In this document: one piece after another, positions 1 to 11,832 of the stretch
Numbering within the stretch: the stretch's first letter is position 1
Layout: the number at the start of each line of letters is the position of its first letter
Source: Callorhinchus milii
Taxonomy: Eukaryota
DNA length: 64,000 nt
Direction of reading: 5' to 3'
Assembly (NCBI RefSeq): GCF_018977255.1
Contig: NW_024704743.1
Location: 39,806,001 to 39,870,000 of the forward strand
The notes under the pieces: model-generated
Database searches by the model: none
What the model saw: the letters and a program-made list of their open reading frames with translations, nothing else
Told to the model about the DNA's origin: nothing
Made by a program: the position numbers and the translations under genes

Positions 1-339
1 TTGTTGTAATTCAGGAACGTTTCAACATTTCTTGCAGGTAACATAATGAAACACAAAATAGAAGCTGTTGGATCTCATGGAGAAGTGGCCCAGTGTTCCT
101 ATGTTAACAGTAGGGTTGATTTTGCAGCTTTTGCAAAGATTGCACTGATTCCAATTCATTTGTGTTTCTGGATTTTGTCTGAATTAATGCTGAGAAACAG
201 GTCAAAATCACCAATTTGTTTTGTCATTGGCATCCAGAAGTCACGTCAATTTCAAATAGGTTTCAATCATTCATTGATCCAAACAGTGACTTTCATATCG
301 GAGATAATTGCAGGATCTGATGTGACACCAAGTTTTAAA

Positions 340-680
340 GCTATGTGTAGCCACTTTTATGGACATGTTACAGGATGGAAACTATTTTAATTGGGAAAAA
401 CAGATGACTGCAAAAGGGTATATGATCCAGATCTTTAAATCAATAAGAGTCATTGACATCCAAGTTGAAATAAAAGACATTTTAACTCAAACTATGATTG
501 TAGAATTGGAGAATATGTTTCAAGTGTTACTTGAGATGTGAAAAAAAGTGTTTCACAAGAAAAGTGACTACCAGCAAAATAAATCAATTGTATATTAACA
601 CCTTTATAAATATCAGGTTAGGAATGTCACTGAAGCATGTAAGAATAATCAGAGACAGCAGAGTCTAATTTGTGTCAGTT
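340..680 (+). mobile_element. Very old CR1-clade LINE 3' fragment
   Basis: Translates KGYMIQIFKSIRVID, resembling the CR1 ORF2 C-terminal RGDLIEVFKIMRGID, followed by a decayed FFTQRVV-like stretch. Confidence 0.45.
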
Positions 681-944
681 GTAAACAGATTTAAATATAA
701 AAAAAAAACTGGAATCTGGATATGTCCGAGGTTGTACAAACCATCTTTTGATATACATGGCAGATCTGTATAACTATAACAATTCCCTGCATAGAAGGCA
801 ATTCGGCCCATTGTGATTGTGCTGTCTCTTTGAAAGAGCAATCTGTTCAGTCTCATTTGCCTGTCTTTTCCACATACCACTGCAGATTATTTATCTTTAT
901 ATATTATCTTATTATTTTCTGAAAGCTCTTTGTAAGAGAATCTT

Positions 945-1170
945 TAAGTAGAGATACAGCATGGAAACAAGAGATTCAGCTCAATCAGTCTGTACAGGGA
1001 TTTAAACTCCATCCGGGCCCCAATCCCTCGTATTCCACTCTCCTATATTCCTCTACCCCTCTCTCCTTCATGTATGCATCAGGTTTTCCCTGAAAAACAT
1101 TAACGTCTTTTGCTTCAATCACGTCTTCTAGCATTGAGTTCAGCATTCTCATGACCCTCTGCATGAAGAG
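945..1170 (-). mobile_element. CR1-clade LINE 3' end fragment
   Basis: tagagatacagcatggaaacaag...tcagctcaatc matches the reverse 3' UTR of the CR1 at 11237; the minus ORF gives VIEAKDVNVFQGKPDAYM. Confidence 0.6.
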
Positions 1171-1339
1171 AAATATTAGTGGCATGGTATCATTAAATAT
1201 AAATGTTTCCAGTGTGAACATTAATGATCTGCTGTACACTAAACCCCTGCATTACACGTTGTTCTACACAATATATTTATTCTTTGAATGAGCTGTTAAA
1301 TACATTTTTTGAGGCAAGTACACCATAATGTTTGCCTAT

Positions 1340-1445
1340 GAAATGCATAATCATTACACTTTACACTATATTCTGTGAAGCACTTTAAGACATGTCCCCT
1401 GCTGTGATAGGTGATATATCAAGTGCAAGGATTACTATTTTATGT
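1340..1445 (+). mobile_element. Deu-SINE 3' tail fragment
   Basis: ctttacactatattctgtgaagcactt...tgcaaggattacta, matching the tail of the full copies. Confidence 0.6.
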
Positions 1446-1560
1446 AATTAGTGGGATATTATATTATTTTGCACACTAGTCGAAAGTGTATTCAAATAAT
1501 ATTGCTAATATTGCATTAAAATAATACATTAAATTGCAGAAAAGGCAAGAGATCTGCATA

Positions 1561-1740
1561 CTGCAGATGCTAGAAATCTGAAATAAAAACAGCAGAACTT
1601 GGAGATTGGACACCGGAGCAACTACCAGCGGCCCTTTCTGATGAATGATCATCGACCTGAAACATTAACTCACTTTCCTCTCTCCATAGATGCTGCCTGA
1701 CCTGTATACTATTCCGAGCTGCTTCTGTTTTTATTTCATT
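1561..1740. mobile_element. Penelope-like terminal repeat with degenerate minimal hammerhead core
   Basis: ctgcagatgct..aaatctgaaataaaaacag, with an inverted copy ctgtttttatttca at ~1725-1738; core ctgatga-atgatc-atc-gacct-gaaac at 1638-1663. The family name is from recall of shark repeats. Confidence 0.6.
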
Positions 1741-1778
1741 AAAATGTGGAATTGATTTTGTTTCATTTTTCTTCAAAA

Positions 1779-1815
1779 TGTGTGTGTGTGTGTGTGTGTA
1801 TGTGAGAGAGAGAGA
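1779..1815. repeat. (TG)n then (GA)n microsatellite
   Basis: Read directly from the sequence. Confidence 0.9.
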
Positions 1816-1865
1816 AAGTAGGATAATCTGGACAGAAACAGAACTGGTCTTTTGGGACTTTATGT

Positions 1866-2192
1866 TAATAATAATTCTTATATTTGATAAAGTGCCTTAT
1901 CACATCATTGAGACATCTCAAAAAGTGTTACAGAAAATATCGTGAATTTTATGGGCGAAACATGGCAGCCAATTGCACACAGCAATGTCCCAGTCGTGGA
2001 TTGAGTGACCACATTTTTGTTGAGGGATTATTATCCCTGGAAAGTGATGTGCCAATGGACTAACCACTGTGTTCCTACTTACTGCTAGGTAAACAGAGGT
2101 GTGTTGAGTAAGGAAGCATGCCTAAGGTTTTGACCCGTCTGGGTCCTCTCACTTGCAAGGCAAGCACACTGACCACTATGTATGGGACTCTA
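1866..2192 (-). mobile_element. tRNA/Deu SINE, long subfamily, diverged
   Basis: Reverse complement has the tRNA-like head, the internal ctctgtttacctagcagtaagtagg segment, the Deu core (gcaattggctgcc) and a (TTA)n tail. Confidence 0.8.
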
Positions 2193-3740
2193 TTGTTACA
2201 GGAACAGTATTAGTTGTTTATGTGGAATGTAACCAATTGTTTATAGCCGGGCTATGTTTAACTTCACTTCCCCTATGCAGCCTCTTAGTAATGTTGACTC
2301 AAATCAGCACTATATTTTAATTTTATTTATTTGTATTTAATTTAAATCAAATTGTTGACTCTTACATTTGTGAGTCTGTGTGGTTTGGGACCCTGAGACA
2401 AGCTCACACAGATAGGTAACATTAACTTTTAATCTTTATATAAAAATTTGCATGATACAGAAAGGTATAGTTACCGATCTGAAGAACAAATATACAGTGG
2501 CAGAAGTTTCCTTCTCAGTAGTTTCCTCTTTCTTTTCTTCCCAGATTTGTTCCAATTTCAATAATGTCCAATATTTATACACAGAAACAAACACGTTTTA
2601 ATGACATTGAAAACCATCTAGTTTGGATCACAGATACCTTTTCTTATTTTTACTCCTCACCTGACAAAGACCATCTATTTTCAAGACCACCTAATTATCA
2701 ATCACATCCACTACTTCTTTGTCCTGATTTTCATGTAACACAGACTACCTGCACCGTATTCCTTTTCTTATGTAACTATACTGGACAGAGCAAGGATATT
2801 AGATAATGAAAAAGATGGACTCTAATCATTTCTAGCAAGTAAACAAGTTACACAAGTAAAATCATCAGCAAAACTTCAATTAAAGATACAGCAGTACAAA
2901 TGTTCAATAATTTTCTGTTATAGGCACAATATGTAGCAATACATGATAGTCATTTAACAAAATGTCATCAGTCTACAGTATTAAATAATTACAATTATAT
3001 GTTTGTTGCTGGCAAAGCTTAGCAATAACATATATTCCTTAAGGCATCATTTGTATGTCAAGAACAACTCACCTATGATGCTTCAGTAAACATGTGATTC
3101 TTCCACATTTAGTAAATTATTTGCTAAGAAATAAGAGCTTCCAAATCAGAATCAAGAATTTGTGACTTTGCTTTAGTTGGAAATATTATTTGTTTTGCAA
3201 GAAAAATGTTGGCAAATTTCTTTCTCAGATCTCTCAAGGTATTTGCTCAGAATTGTCTTGTGTTTCTTCCAGCATTTGCCATTTTCAGCATTTTGTTACA
3301 ATGCGAATCAAAGACTTGTCCTAACATATCTCAGGACTGTTATGATCTTTTCTGAAACATTCATGAGGGAACAGATAGTCTGTGCAATTTTATGAACTAT
3401 AAAGGAATGTTACTGGCTATAAAATGTAAGCCTATGAACACATGCATCACAAAGTGAACTCCCTTGCACTATGTAATGAAATGCATATATCATGCCAAAA
3501 AGATGTACACCATATAGTGGAAAGTAATGCATTATACAAACTTTCAATGTCAGAAATATCCTAGGACTACACAGTGAGATTAGTCATCCTGATATCACAG
3601 TGTCAAAAATAAGAACATTTTAATATTTTTTAAAAAATTGGGAAGGAATGTGGCAAATATTGAAGTTCATAATCAAACACTTTGACTTTGTAATTTCCTT
3701 CAGTGCTTGAAGAAGTAGAAATTTATGGATTTGCTAATCT

Positions 3741-4060
3741 TGTGGAGTCCTGTAGCTCAGTGGTTAGAGCACTCGCTTTGCAAGCGAGAGACCTGGGTTC
3801 AATTCCAGGCAGGGCAAAACCTTGGGCAAGTTTCCTTACTCCACACGCCTAATAATAATCCCTCCAAAACAAAACAATAATAAATTGGTCATTTTCAATC
3901 TACGACTGTTTGTGGGACATTGCTGTGCGCAATTGGCTGCTGCGTTCGCCCACAAATATACGGTCAATTCACTTTACAGTGTGTTCTGTGAAGCGCTTTG
4001 GGACGTCCTCCCGACGTGAAAAGCGCTATATGAAAGGCAAGGATTATTATTATTATTATT
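3741..4060 (+). mobile_element. Young tRNA-Ala-derived Deu SINE, short subfamily, full length
   Basis: A box tagctcagtgg, B box ggttcaattcc, anticodon arm ctcgc-tttgcaa-gcgag (TGC), Deu core tgggacattgctgtgcgcaattggctgc, L2-type 3' stem-loop and (TTA)n tail; near-identical copies elsewhere in the window. Confidence 0.93.
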
Positions 4061-4611
4061 GTCATTTCAAAATAAGGCATACAAAATAATAACCCATAAA
4101 GATTTGTCCAAAGAGCTCAGATGCTAGCAGAATAGTTTCGAAAATGTCTTTATCTATAGAATGACCAATTTTCTTGATGATCAGGACACCAGGGAGAAAT
4201 CTTAAGAATGACTATTTTTCTCATTATTTGATTATTTCTTTTTTTTGACATTCTTTTGCCAGGGAAGTAGAAAAGCAGGATATTCTCTATTTCATGTATT
4301 CTGGATTGCTGCTTGTGAATGAATATTTGTTTATTTGTTAATGAACCATTTAATTCAGCTGAGTTGCTCTTAGGCCACATCAACATATTTGCTATATTGA
4401 GTGGACAGAGTTGGATAAAGCAACACTTTGCAAAATTAATGAAGGAATTATTCACAAAATGTGTGAATGCGTCCTTGGTGTTGTTCAGTTTGGCACCAAT
4501 ATTTTTCTCTGTATTAGAAGGAAATTGGTATCAAATTGTTATCATGCTTTAATGGGGAAAGTTATTTTCTTGCTTAACTATAGCTACTAGGGAAAAATAC
4601 ATGTTTGATCT

Positions 4612-4880
4612 TAATAATAATAATAATAATCCTTACATTTGATATAGCGCTTTTCACGTCGGGAGGACGTCCCAAAGCGCTTCACAGAACACACTGTAAA
4701 GTGAATTGACTGTATATTTGTGGGCGAACGTGGCAGCCAATTGCGCACAGCAATGTCCAACAAGCAGTCATAGATTGAAAATAAACAATTTCTTTTTATT
4801 ATTGTTTTAGGTTTTGGAGGGATTATTATTAGGCGTGTGGAGTAAGGAAACTTGCCCAAGATTTCACCCTGCCTGGAATT
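4612..4880 (-). mobile_element. Short-subfamily SINE, 5' truncated
   Basis: Reverse complement of the 3741-4060 element from the B box to the tail. Confidence 0.9.
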
Positions 4881-4964
4881 AACTGATCTTAATATTAAAA
4901 ATATCAATTCAGGAACTGTGTGAATTTTCTTTTAACTTGATTTGTTTACTGGTTGTTCTTTCCG

Positions 4965-5035
4965 GTGGCTCCGAGATACTACCTCACGTGCGTGAAGGGT
5001 GCTTTATAAATGCAAGTTGTTGCTGTTGTTGTTGC
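4965..5035 (+). mobile_element. L2 (subfamily B) extreme 3' tail
   Basis: ctccgagatactacctc...gcgtgaagggtgctttataaa(ttg)n, the same tail as at 29350-29400. Confidence 0.55.
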
Positions 5036-5939
5036 CTTTGGTTACAAACATAGACTTTTTTTTAATAAATCCCTCTTAATAATAACTCAAGGGTTTTTAG
5101 TTTCCCTCCATTATCATTTGATGTGCATTCCACTGCCACTGGCACACTGGCACACTAAGGAATTCCATTGATATAATAGGAAAGAGAATTTTCTATAACT
5201 CTTTTATTTGAAAAGGTATAGCATTAGATGGGAGAAAAAATCATCTTACAAGGTTTTCTGGCTTTGTACATTCTGTACACTATCAGCAGCTCTTGTAATG
5301 TTGTTGATTTTATTTTCCGAATTGGAAGCTGACACTGAAAATCGAATGTTCTTCCCCTCTATTGATTAAATTTGGACACAATGTAAGCATCGAAAGGCAC
5401 TACGGTCTGGTCTGACTAGGATCGGCTGCTCTTTTGCAGTTTATTCGTTTACTGTGATAGCACTTATTCTTTTCCATTACAAAATGAAATGGAAACATTT
5501 TATGCAATAGTACTCCTCTTCAGAACCTCCAGGTACACAGAAAAAACAATATCTTCCATACTCCAATGGATAGCTCTTCCTATGATCTGAATGTCTAAAA
5601 TTTATTGGAGCCTTTTATTTCTATGCATGTTTAATGATTCCACAAAGTATTGATTAGTCAGATTATCATTAAATCAAGGTAGTCTTTACTGTTCAAGGTA
5701 AAAGTGTTCATACAAACTCTCTAATGTTTAAAAGAAATACTTATTTCTCTCTCAACAATTTTTAAGCTATTTTCTCCACTTTCTCTCCTGAATCTGTTTG
5801 AACCCATTTTTCCTTCAACTGGCAAGCACTGGACACACTTTGGTGCCTCGCTCAAGTAGTCCATTATGGAAGTGTCCTGGTAATGGAGATTGTGTAGGGA
5901 AGATAAACAACAACAACAAAAAAATGACATTAACGCACT

Positions 5940-6490
5940 GATAATTGGATTCAGGCACTTGCACTATGTTGTTATGTTTAAAACAGAGAAGAGAAGACAC
6001 GGGAGAATATTATTGAAGTGTTCAAGGTTTTTAAGGGATGGATAAACCACCCCCTAATAATAATAATACTGATCATTGAATTTAATATTGTGCCTTTCAT
6101 GTCTGGAGAACGTAAAAGTGCTTCATGGGATTCCCTGTAAAGTGTAGTAATGTGGATTTGGTTAGGCGCCACATGTTGGTAAAGCCCACATCTATGACCG
6201 TGTCACAAACTCGCAAATTATATAATGAGGATACATCGGTTAAAAGCTGAGAAGAGGGAACGGGGGCAGATGGTTATGAGATTAATACGTTATACATAGA
6301 GTGATGAATATGTGGATAGAATATTTATGGAGGTAAATGTGTTAGAAAATTCAAGAGGAAATTAAACAGCTATTAGGTGAGGAAATGAACTGGAGGGTAT
6401 GAGTGCCAGAATAGAATTTTATAGTATTTTTACTTTGAGACAGATGGACTTTGAATTTTTTTCAGCAACTATATATTTTTATGTTCCTAA
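5940..6490 (+). mobile_element. Old CR1 3' fragment interrupted by a SINE/L2 tail (~6055-6160, minus)
   Basis: attgaagtgttcaaggtttttaagggatggata (IEVFKVFKG), agagtgatgaatatgtgg (RVMNMW) and ttcaagaggaaatta (FKRKL). Confidence 0.55.
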
Positions 6491-6560
6491 TTCTATTTGA
6501 TCATGATGGAGAGGTTAACCTTTGAAAACCTGGGTACAGTGTCTGCTGTCACAATATATT

Positions 6561-6935
6561 TGTGGGGTCCTGCAGCTCAGTGGTTAGAGCACTCGTCTCA
6601 CAAGCCAGAGACCTGGGTTCTATTTCCGGCAGGGCGAAATGTTGGGCAAGTTTACTTACTCCACACACTTCTGTTTACTAACAGTAAATAAGTTGGTTGT
6701 TAGTCGATTGGCAGATCGCTTTTCCGGGGATAATAATCCCCCCCAAAAAAAATAATTTGGTCACTCAATCCAAGACGGTTTGTGGGACACTGATGTGTGC
6801 AATTGACTGCTGTGTTTTGCCCACAAATATGCAGTCAATTCACTTTACAGTATATTTTTTGAAGCGCTTTGAGACGATTAGAAGACGTGAAAGCGCTATA
6901 TCAAATGCAAGGATTATTATTATTATATTATTATT
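6561..6935 (+). mobile_element. tRNA/Deu SINE, long subfamily, full length
   Basis: Same head and tail as the 3741 copy, plus a ~65-bp internal segment ctgtttactaacagtaaataag...gcttttccgggg. Confidence 0.9.
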
Positions 6936-7110
6936 TATGTACTTGTTCTATAAACAGTCAAAGCATCACAGAGCTATACATTTTAACTAAGCACAAAGTA
7001 ACTCAAACATGGTGCAACAAGTTATTTTACTATCTCCATAGTATCTTCTGGTCTAATGAACAATTTGGTCACATAAGAATCTTAACTCTTTTCATTATAA
7101 TGACAATCAT

Positions 7111-8075
7111 AGCAACAACTTTGTTTATATAGTGCCCTTCACACAGAATAGAGTTCCTGAGTGCTGCACAGTAGTGGAACTTGATGCCAATCCTGTAGAG
7201 GTGGGAGGTGACCGTAGGTATGGTCGAAGAGGAAGGTGTTCAAGTGTGATCTAAAGACAATCAAGGACGGGAAAAGGCAGAGGAATTGAAGCAAAGAATT
7301 CCTTTGTTTGGGGCATAGTGGCTGAAGATGCAGCAGGTTGGATAGGTTGGGGAATGCTAGGACATGAAGTGATTTATATGTGAGTGTGAGGATCTTGATA
7401 TCAATCCATTCTTCATTGAGAACTAGTAGAGCCTGGAAAGGACTGGGACAATGGGGTTATGGAGTTTGATGTGGGTGTAGATACAGACAATGGAGTTTTG
7501 AATTAATTGAATTTCATGAAAGTTGGAAGGAGGAGACTGGTGAGGAGGGGACTGGAAAAACTGAGACGGAAGGTGGCAAATGGATGGGTAAGGGTTTTGG
7601 CTGTGTTGGTTGTGAGGTACAATCGGTGGTAGACAGGTGAAACAATGGGGTCCTGATCAGGAAGGATAGTTGTAATCAAACATGATGCCTAGATTGTGCA
7701 CAGCTTCAGGAAGTCTGAGGGATAGGCTGGAGAAATTCAGGAGGTCGGAACCACCAGTGAAGGGATGTGAATAGGAGCCAAAAAGGATGGCTTCCATGTT
7801 GTCAACATTCAGTTGGCGCTCATCTGGGCCTTGATGTGTGACAAGCAAGTGGGCAGAACAACAGTGGATCTGGGGTGGAGGAAGAAAAGTAGATTTGGGT
7901 GTCATCTGCATACATGGAGAAGTTGACCCCATGTCTGTGGATGATATCATCAAGAGCAGCAAGTCAATGAGAAAATGGAGAGTGGAGATTAAAGACTTAA
8001 AGTGCATCGTGGGTGACGCAGTGAGAGTGAGAGGAGAACCCGTTTGCATAGGCAAAATGATGGCATTGGTTCAAG
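7111..8075 (-). mobile_element. L2-clade LINE fragment (subfamily B), RT to 3' end
   Basis: The minus strand encodes HGVNFSMYADDTQI at ~7892-7933 and QLNVDNMEAILFG...VHNLGIMFD; the tail is at 7111. Confidence 0.85.
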
Positions 8076-8949
8076 TCAGTTCCAAACCAAGAAAGTGTGG
8101 TCCCACTAAATCTGCCATTAAAATCTTGCAAGAGAGCCCTACTAATGACTGGCACTGGAGATTTATTTTAGTTCAGAACTGTCTAAGGTCACTTTTTGAA
8201 TAGATTTATTTATTAAATATTTTATGCTCTACATATTGTTTCAGACCGTCACCGTGCACTATTAAATAATTATTATTAAATAAGAACTCTGGGGAGCTTC
8301 TGATGGAACTTCAGTTGCGAGAGCAGATGTAAAATACATCTAGATGAAATTGCAGTTTAATTTTTTTCCAAAAATAGACCAAGTAATTTAAAACTCAATG
8401 GAATTCACTGGGCTGGGGTGTTGTTTGGCACTCATTGATGAAATGCTGGAATGTCCATTGAGAACACTTGGACCATCTGTCAGATGAACCTGAAGCAACT
8501 AATGGTGAAATCCAAACCATATTTGAAGCACCCAGTGTATTGAAGCCTGGATCAATTATTCATGAAGAAAAGTCATATCTGAGTATCGATGGGGATAATG
8601 AGAGAGAGAGAGAGAAAGAGAGAGAAAGAAAGAACTTCCATTTTATAGTTCCTTAAATATCAGAATCTCTCAACATGTTTTACAATCATTTTTATCAAGT
8701 ATAGTGACTGATTTCTGTATGTAAGCAAAGCAACCACCAACAACAAAACAACATATTGTAATTTTTTATAATGTCTTTTGCATCAGGAGGACGTCACAAG
8801 GCATTGGTTCCCTATAAGTTTGTGGACAAAGTCCCCACAAACATTCATAAGATGAATAATAAACTAATCTGGGGATTGTTGACTAAAACATCAGGAGAAA
8901 TTCACTTTTTGAAAACTATCTTTGGAATTTTAACAGCTACCTTCAGCTT

Positions 8950-9175
8950 CAGTCTTCAGCTTCTCAGCCCCCACCCTTCGGAACTCCATCCCACATTCCC
9001 TTCACCTTGCTCCCTCCCTTGTCTCCTTCAAGGCACATGTAATGACCCTCCACTTCAACTTCAGCCACCCTCCTACACTCCCTGTCCTCACCCTCCCTTA
9101 TTCCCCCACCCACCCATTGCTCGGGTCCAAATCCCTGAATGTCCAGTGCCTTGGGACATTGTATTGTATTGTTCC
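8950..9175 (+). mobile_element. L2 (subfamily A) 3' end
   Basis: ccccaccct..ggaactccatccc...ccttcaagg...ccttgggac, followed by (ttgta)n. Confidence 0.75.
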
Positions 9176-9424
9176 ATTCAATAATCTGCCCAGTTTAGTC
9201 ACATGCTCAAAGATGTGTGTGTGTGATGTATTTCAAAGATATGATAACCCATCACTTCTGTTTGAGGCTCTTCTGAATCCATGCCTTATATATGAATATT
9301 GGAAGCATCTATAGAACAATTAAGGCCATTTGCTTAGAATTTTTGGACTGTAATTATTATATATGTATATTGCCACCTTGTAAAAATTGAAAGTAACTGA
9401 ACCAATTTTCAAGCATACACTACG

Positions 9425-9645
9425 GTCTACAATCCTTGATGTTTGCCAACCTGCACTCAATACTTTCCAGAATTAGGTTTATCCAGGGGGAGAATACACA
9501 CTCAATTCCAGATACAAGCAAATTTCCATGTGTAGGTAGCATATACATATATATATATATATGGCTTGGATACTCTTCAGGATAGCAAGGGTTTCTGCAT
9601 GTGTCAGACAAACACAGCTGACCAGACAAACAATACTTGGACAGA
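9425..9645 (-). repeat. Unclassified interspersed repeat (family X) fragment
   Basis: Reverse complement aligns by eye to 50375-50600 and 59310-59440 (ggtcagctg..tgtctgacaca..gaaaccc..tatccaa; acctaattc..agtattg). Confidence 0.6.
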
Positions 9646-10914
9646 CTAATAAGTTTCTTCAAAATAGTAGCTGCAGTCTAATGTTTCTTCTATTCTTTTT
9701 GTAGGATTTTTGGAATTATTCAATTTGTGTCACACAGGTATACAAGGGGTGACATTCATCTTGTGGTCATTGAAACACTAGCAAGTAACAATAATAGTAG
9801 TCCCTGCATTTGATATAGCACCTTATCAAATATTCGAGATGTCCCAAAGTGCTTCATGTACTGCAATAACAACAATAATCAACCCCATGATACACCGAAG
9901 TATATGGCCTTCTTCTTTTCTGTATCTTCATTGCAATTGAGACCCATTAAATTGTCTCATCCTATCCCAAAGCCTCAGTCATCAGGCTTCACCCATTAAG
10001 AGCATAAATAATTATCTTGTGATTGTGCGGAATGAATTCAACAAATCTCCTGGGGTTCCTTTGTGGCATTTTACAATACATTCAATGACCATATATGTTA
10101 TGAAATTATACAAATTTCACTGCATTATCATGTGATCATATTTTATAGAATGCTCAATAGTTTTTTTTACATTGACCTAAACTTATTGGCTAAATAATGA
10201 TTGGAGGATACCATGTGGCACTGAGTGTGAAATAAGTTAACAGTTAAAAATCCCAGTGTTTCCATTGCCACCAGGCTGTCTAAGGGAGGGATAGAGCAGC
10301 CACAGGAGGGTTTCCATTCAATGGGAAAATTAATGGTAAAGTTAATTTAGCACATTCGTACGTACTTCTAAGCAGCCAATTTAAAAAAAACATTGGCTGC
10401 AACCCAAAAATAGGCTGCTTGTTACTCCATTGGTCAAACATGTGTTCTACACAAGAAACAAAACATAGCTTAAAACAAAAGTTTTAACAAAAGTTATTGC
10501 ATGAGGTTTTCCCGTTTCCACAATTATCTCTAAGCCCCACAAAGATTTTGAATTTGTACAACTTTTTCCAATTATATAACAAATATTAGCTTTTAATTTA
10601 CTGTTAACAAAGCTGGAAACTTGACTTCATTGAACTCCTCTAAGGGCAGTTGAAATTGTTTGCATGAAATACTTACAGCAATTTGGCTTGGCTCAATTGT
10701 TAGCAATCTCATCTCTGGATCAGAAGGCTGGGGGTTTAAGCCCCCCACCAGGAGTTGAGCTCATAGACCAGGCGCTGATACCCCAATGCAGTGCTGGAGG
10801 AATGCTATTTTGTCAAAGATCATTGGATCCTTGTTGCCTGTTCAGGTGCACATTTCAGATCCCATGACACTATTTGAAAAGAGAAAGGAGTTTCTCCTGG
10901 TGACCCATTAAAAT

Positions 10915-11236
10915 GTCACAACCCCTTCATTCCCTCTGCTTGGTGGCACTGGCCTGCTCCATGTCCTCCGCCCTGCCTGCCCCGCCATTGATGATTGGGC
11001 CTTCAGTCTTTCTGTACCCACCCTCTGGAACTCCATTCTGGAGTTCTTCTGTCTCTCCCCCTCCCTTGCCTCCTTCAAGGTCCATCTCAAGACCTTCCTC
11101 TTGACTATACCTTTGGTCATCCTACCGTCTCCCCTCTCCCCTTGCCCTCCACCCCTCTTGACTCCAGCCCCCAGCTCGGGTGCAAACCCTTAACTGCCCT
11201 GCTCCTTGAGACGTCTTCCCAACACAAAAGCTATAT
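10915..11236 (+). mobile_element. L2 (subfamily A) 3' fragment; its tail resumes at ~11833-11870
   Basis: ggcctgctccatgtcc..ccctctggaactccattc..ccttcaagg..ttgagacgtcttcccaac. Confidence 0.8.
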
Positions 11237-11832
11237 ACATTAGAATACATTAGAATATACAGCACAGAAACAAGACATTCAGCCCAACTGGTCTATGCCG
11301 GTGTTTATGCTCCACGTGAGCCTTCTCCTGACCTTCCTCAACTAAGCCATCAAACATAACCTATTCTTTTCTCCCTCATGTACCTATCTGGCTTTCCCTT
11401 AAATACATCTGTGCTATTTGCCTCAACAACTCCTTGTGGTAGCATGTTCCACATTCCCATTACTCTCTGCGTGAAGAAATTTCTTCTACCTTCCTTATTT
11501 GATCTATTATATTGATGGCCACTGGTTTTGGTCTCCCCCATAAGTGAAAACATCTTCCCTATGTCTACCCTATCAAAACCATTCATCATTTTAAAGACCT
11601 TACTCTCCTCTTTTCAAGAGAAAAGAGTCCAAGCATATTCAACCTTTCCTGTTAGGTATAACCTCTCAGTTCTGGGATCATCCTTGTGAATTTAATTTGC
11701 GTCCTCTTCAGTGCCTCGACATCCCTTCTATAATGTGGGGGCCAGAACTGCAGAAAGTGTTCTAATGTGGTCTAACCAAGGTTCTATAGACTTCTACTAC
11801 AACTTCCCTGCTTTTCATTTCTATCCCTCCAG
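11237..11832 (-). mobile_element. CR1-clade LINE 3' fragment
   Basis: Minus ORF MMNGFDRVD...RRNFFTQRVMGMWNMLPQGVVEA; repeat tail (acattagaat)2. Confidence 0.9.

Noticed and set aside
2369..2900. Possible solo LTR
   Set aside because: LTR-like composition, but no defensible termini or TSD.
3741..3815. Functional tRNA-Ala gene
   Set aside because: It runs directly into the SINE body and tail, and the T arm and first acceptor pair are non-canonical.
3822..4019. Recurrent ORFs MGKFPYSTRLIIIPPK.. and ..WDIAVRNWLPRSPTNIQ.. as a small-protein family
   Set aside because: They are chance frames of the SINE, recurring only because the SINE recurs; the starts are non-ATG and the ends vary.
8468..8656. 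ORF DHLSDEPEATNGEIQTIF.. as coding
   Set aside because: Non-ATG start, runs into a (GA)n repeat, and no family is recognised.
9705..9737. 33-nt candidate exon (tttttgtag|..CAG|gtatac)
   Set aside because: Splice-like signals only; no recognisable peptide or partner exons.
10372..10400. 9-bp hairpin gcagccaat/attggctgc
   Set aside because: Too short to distinguish from chance or a tiny repeat remnant.
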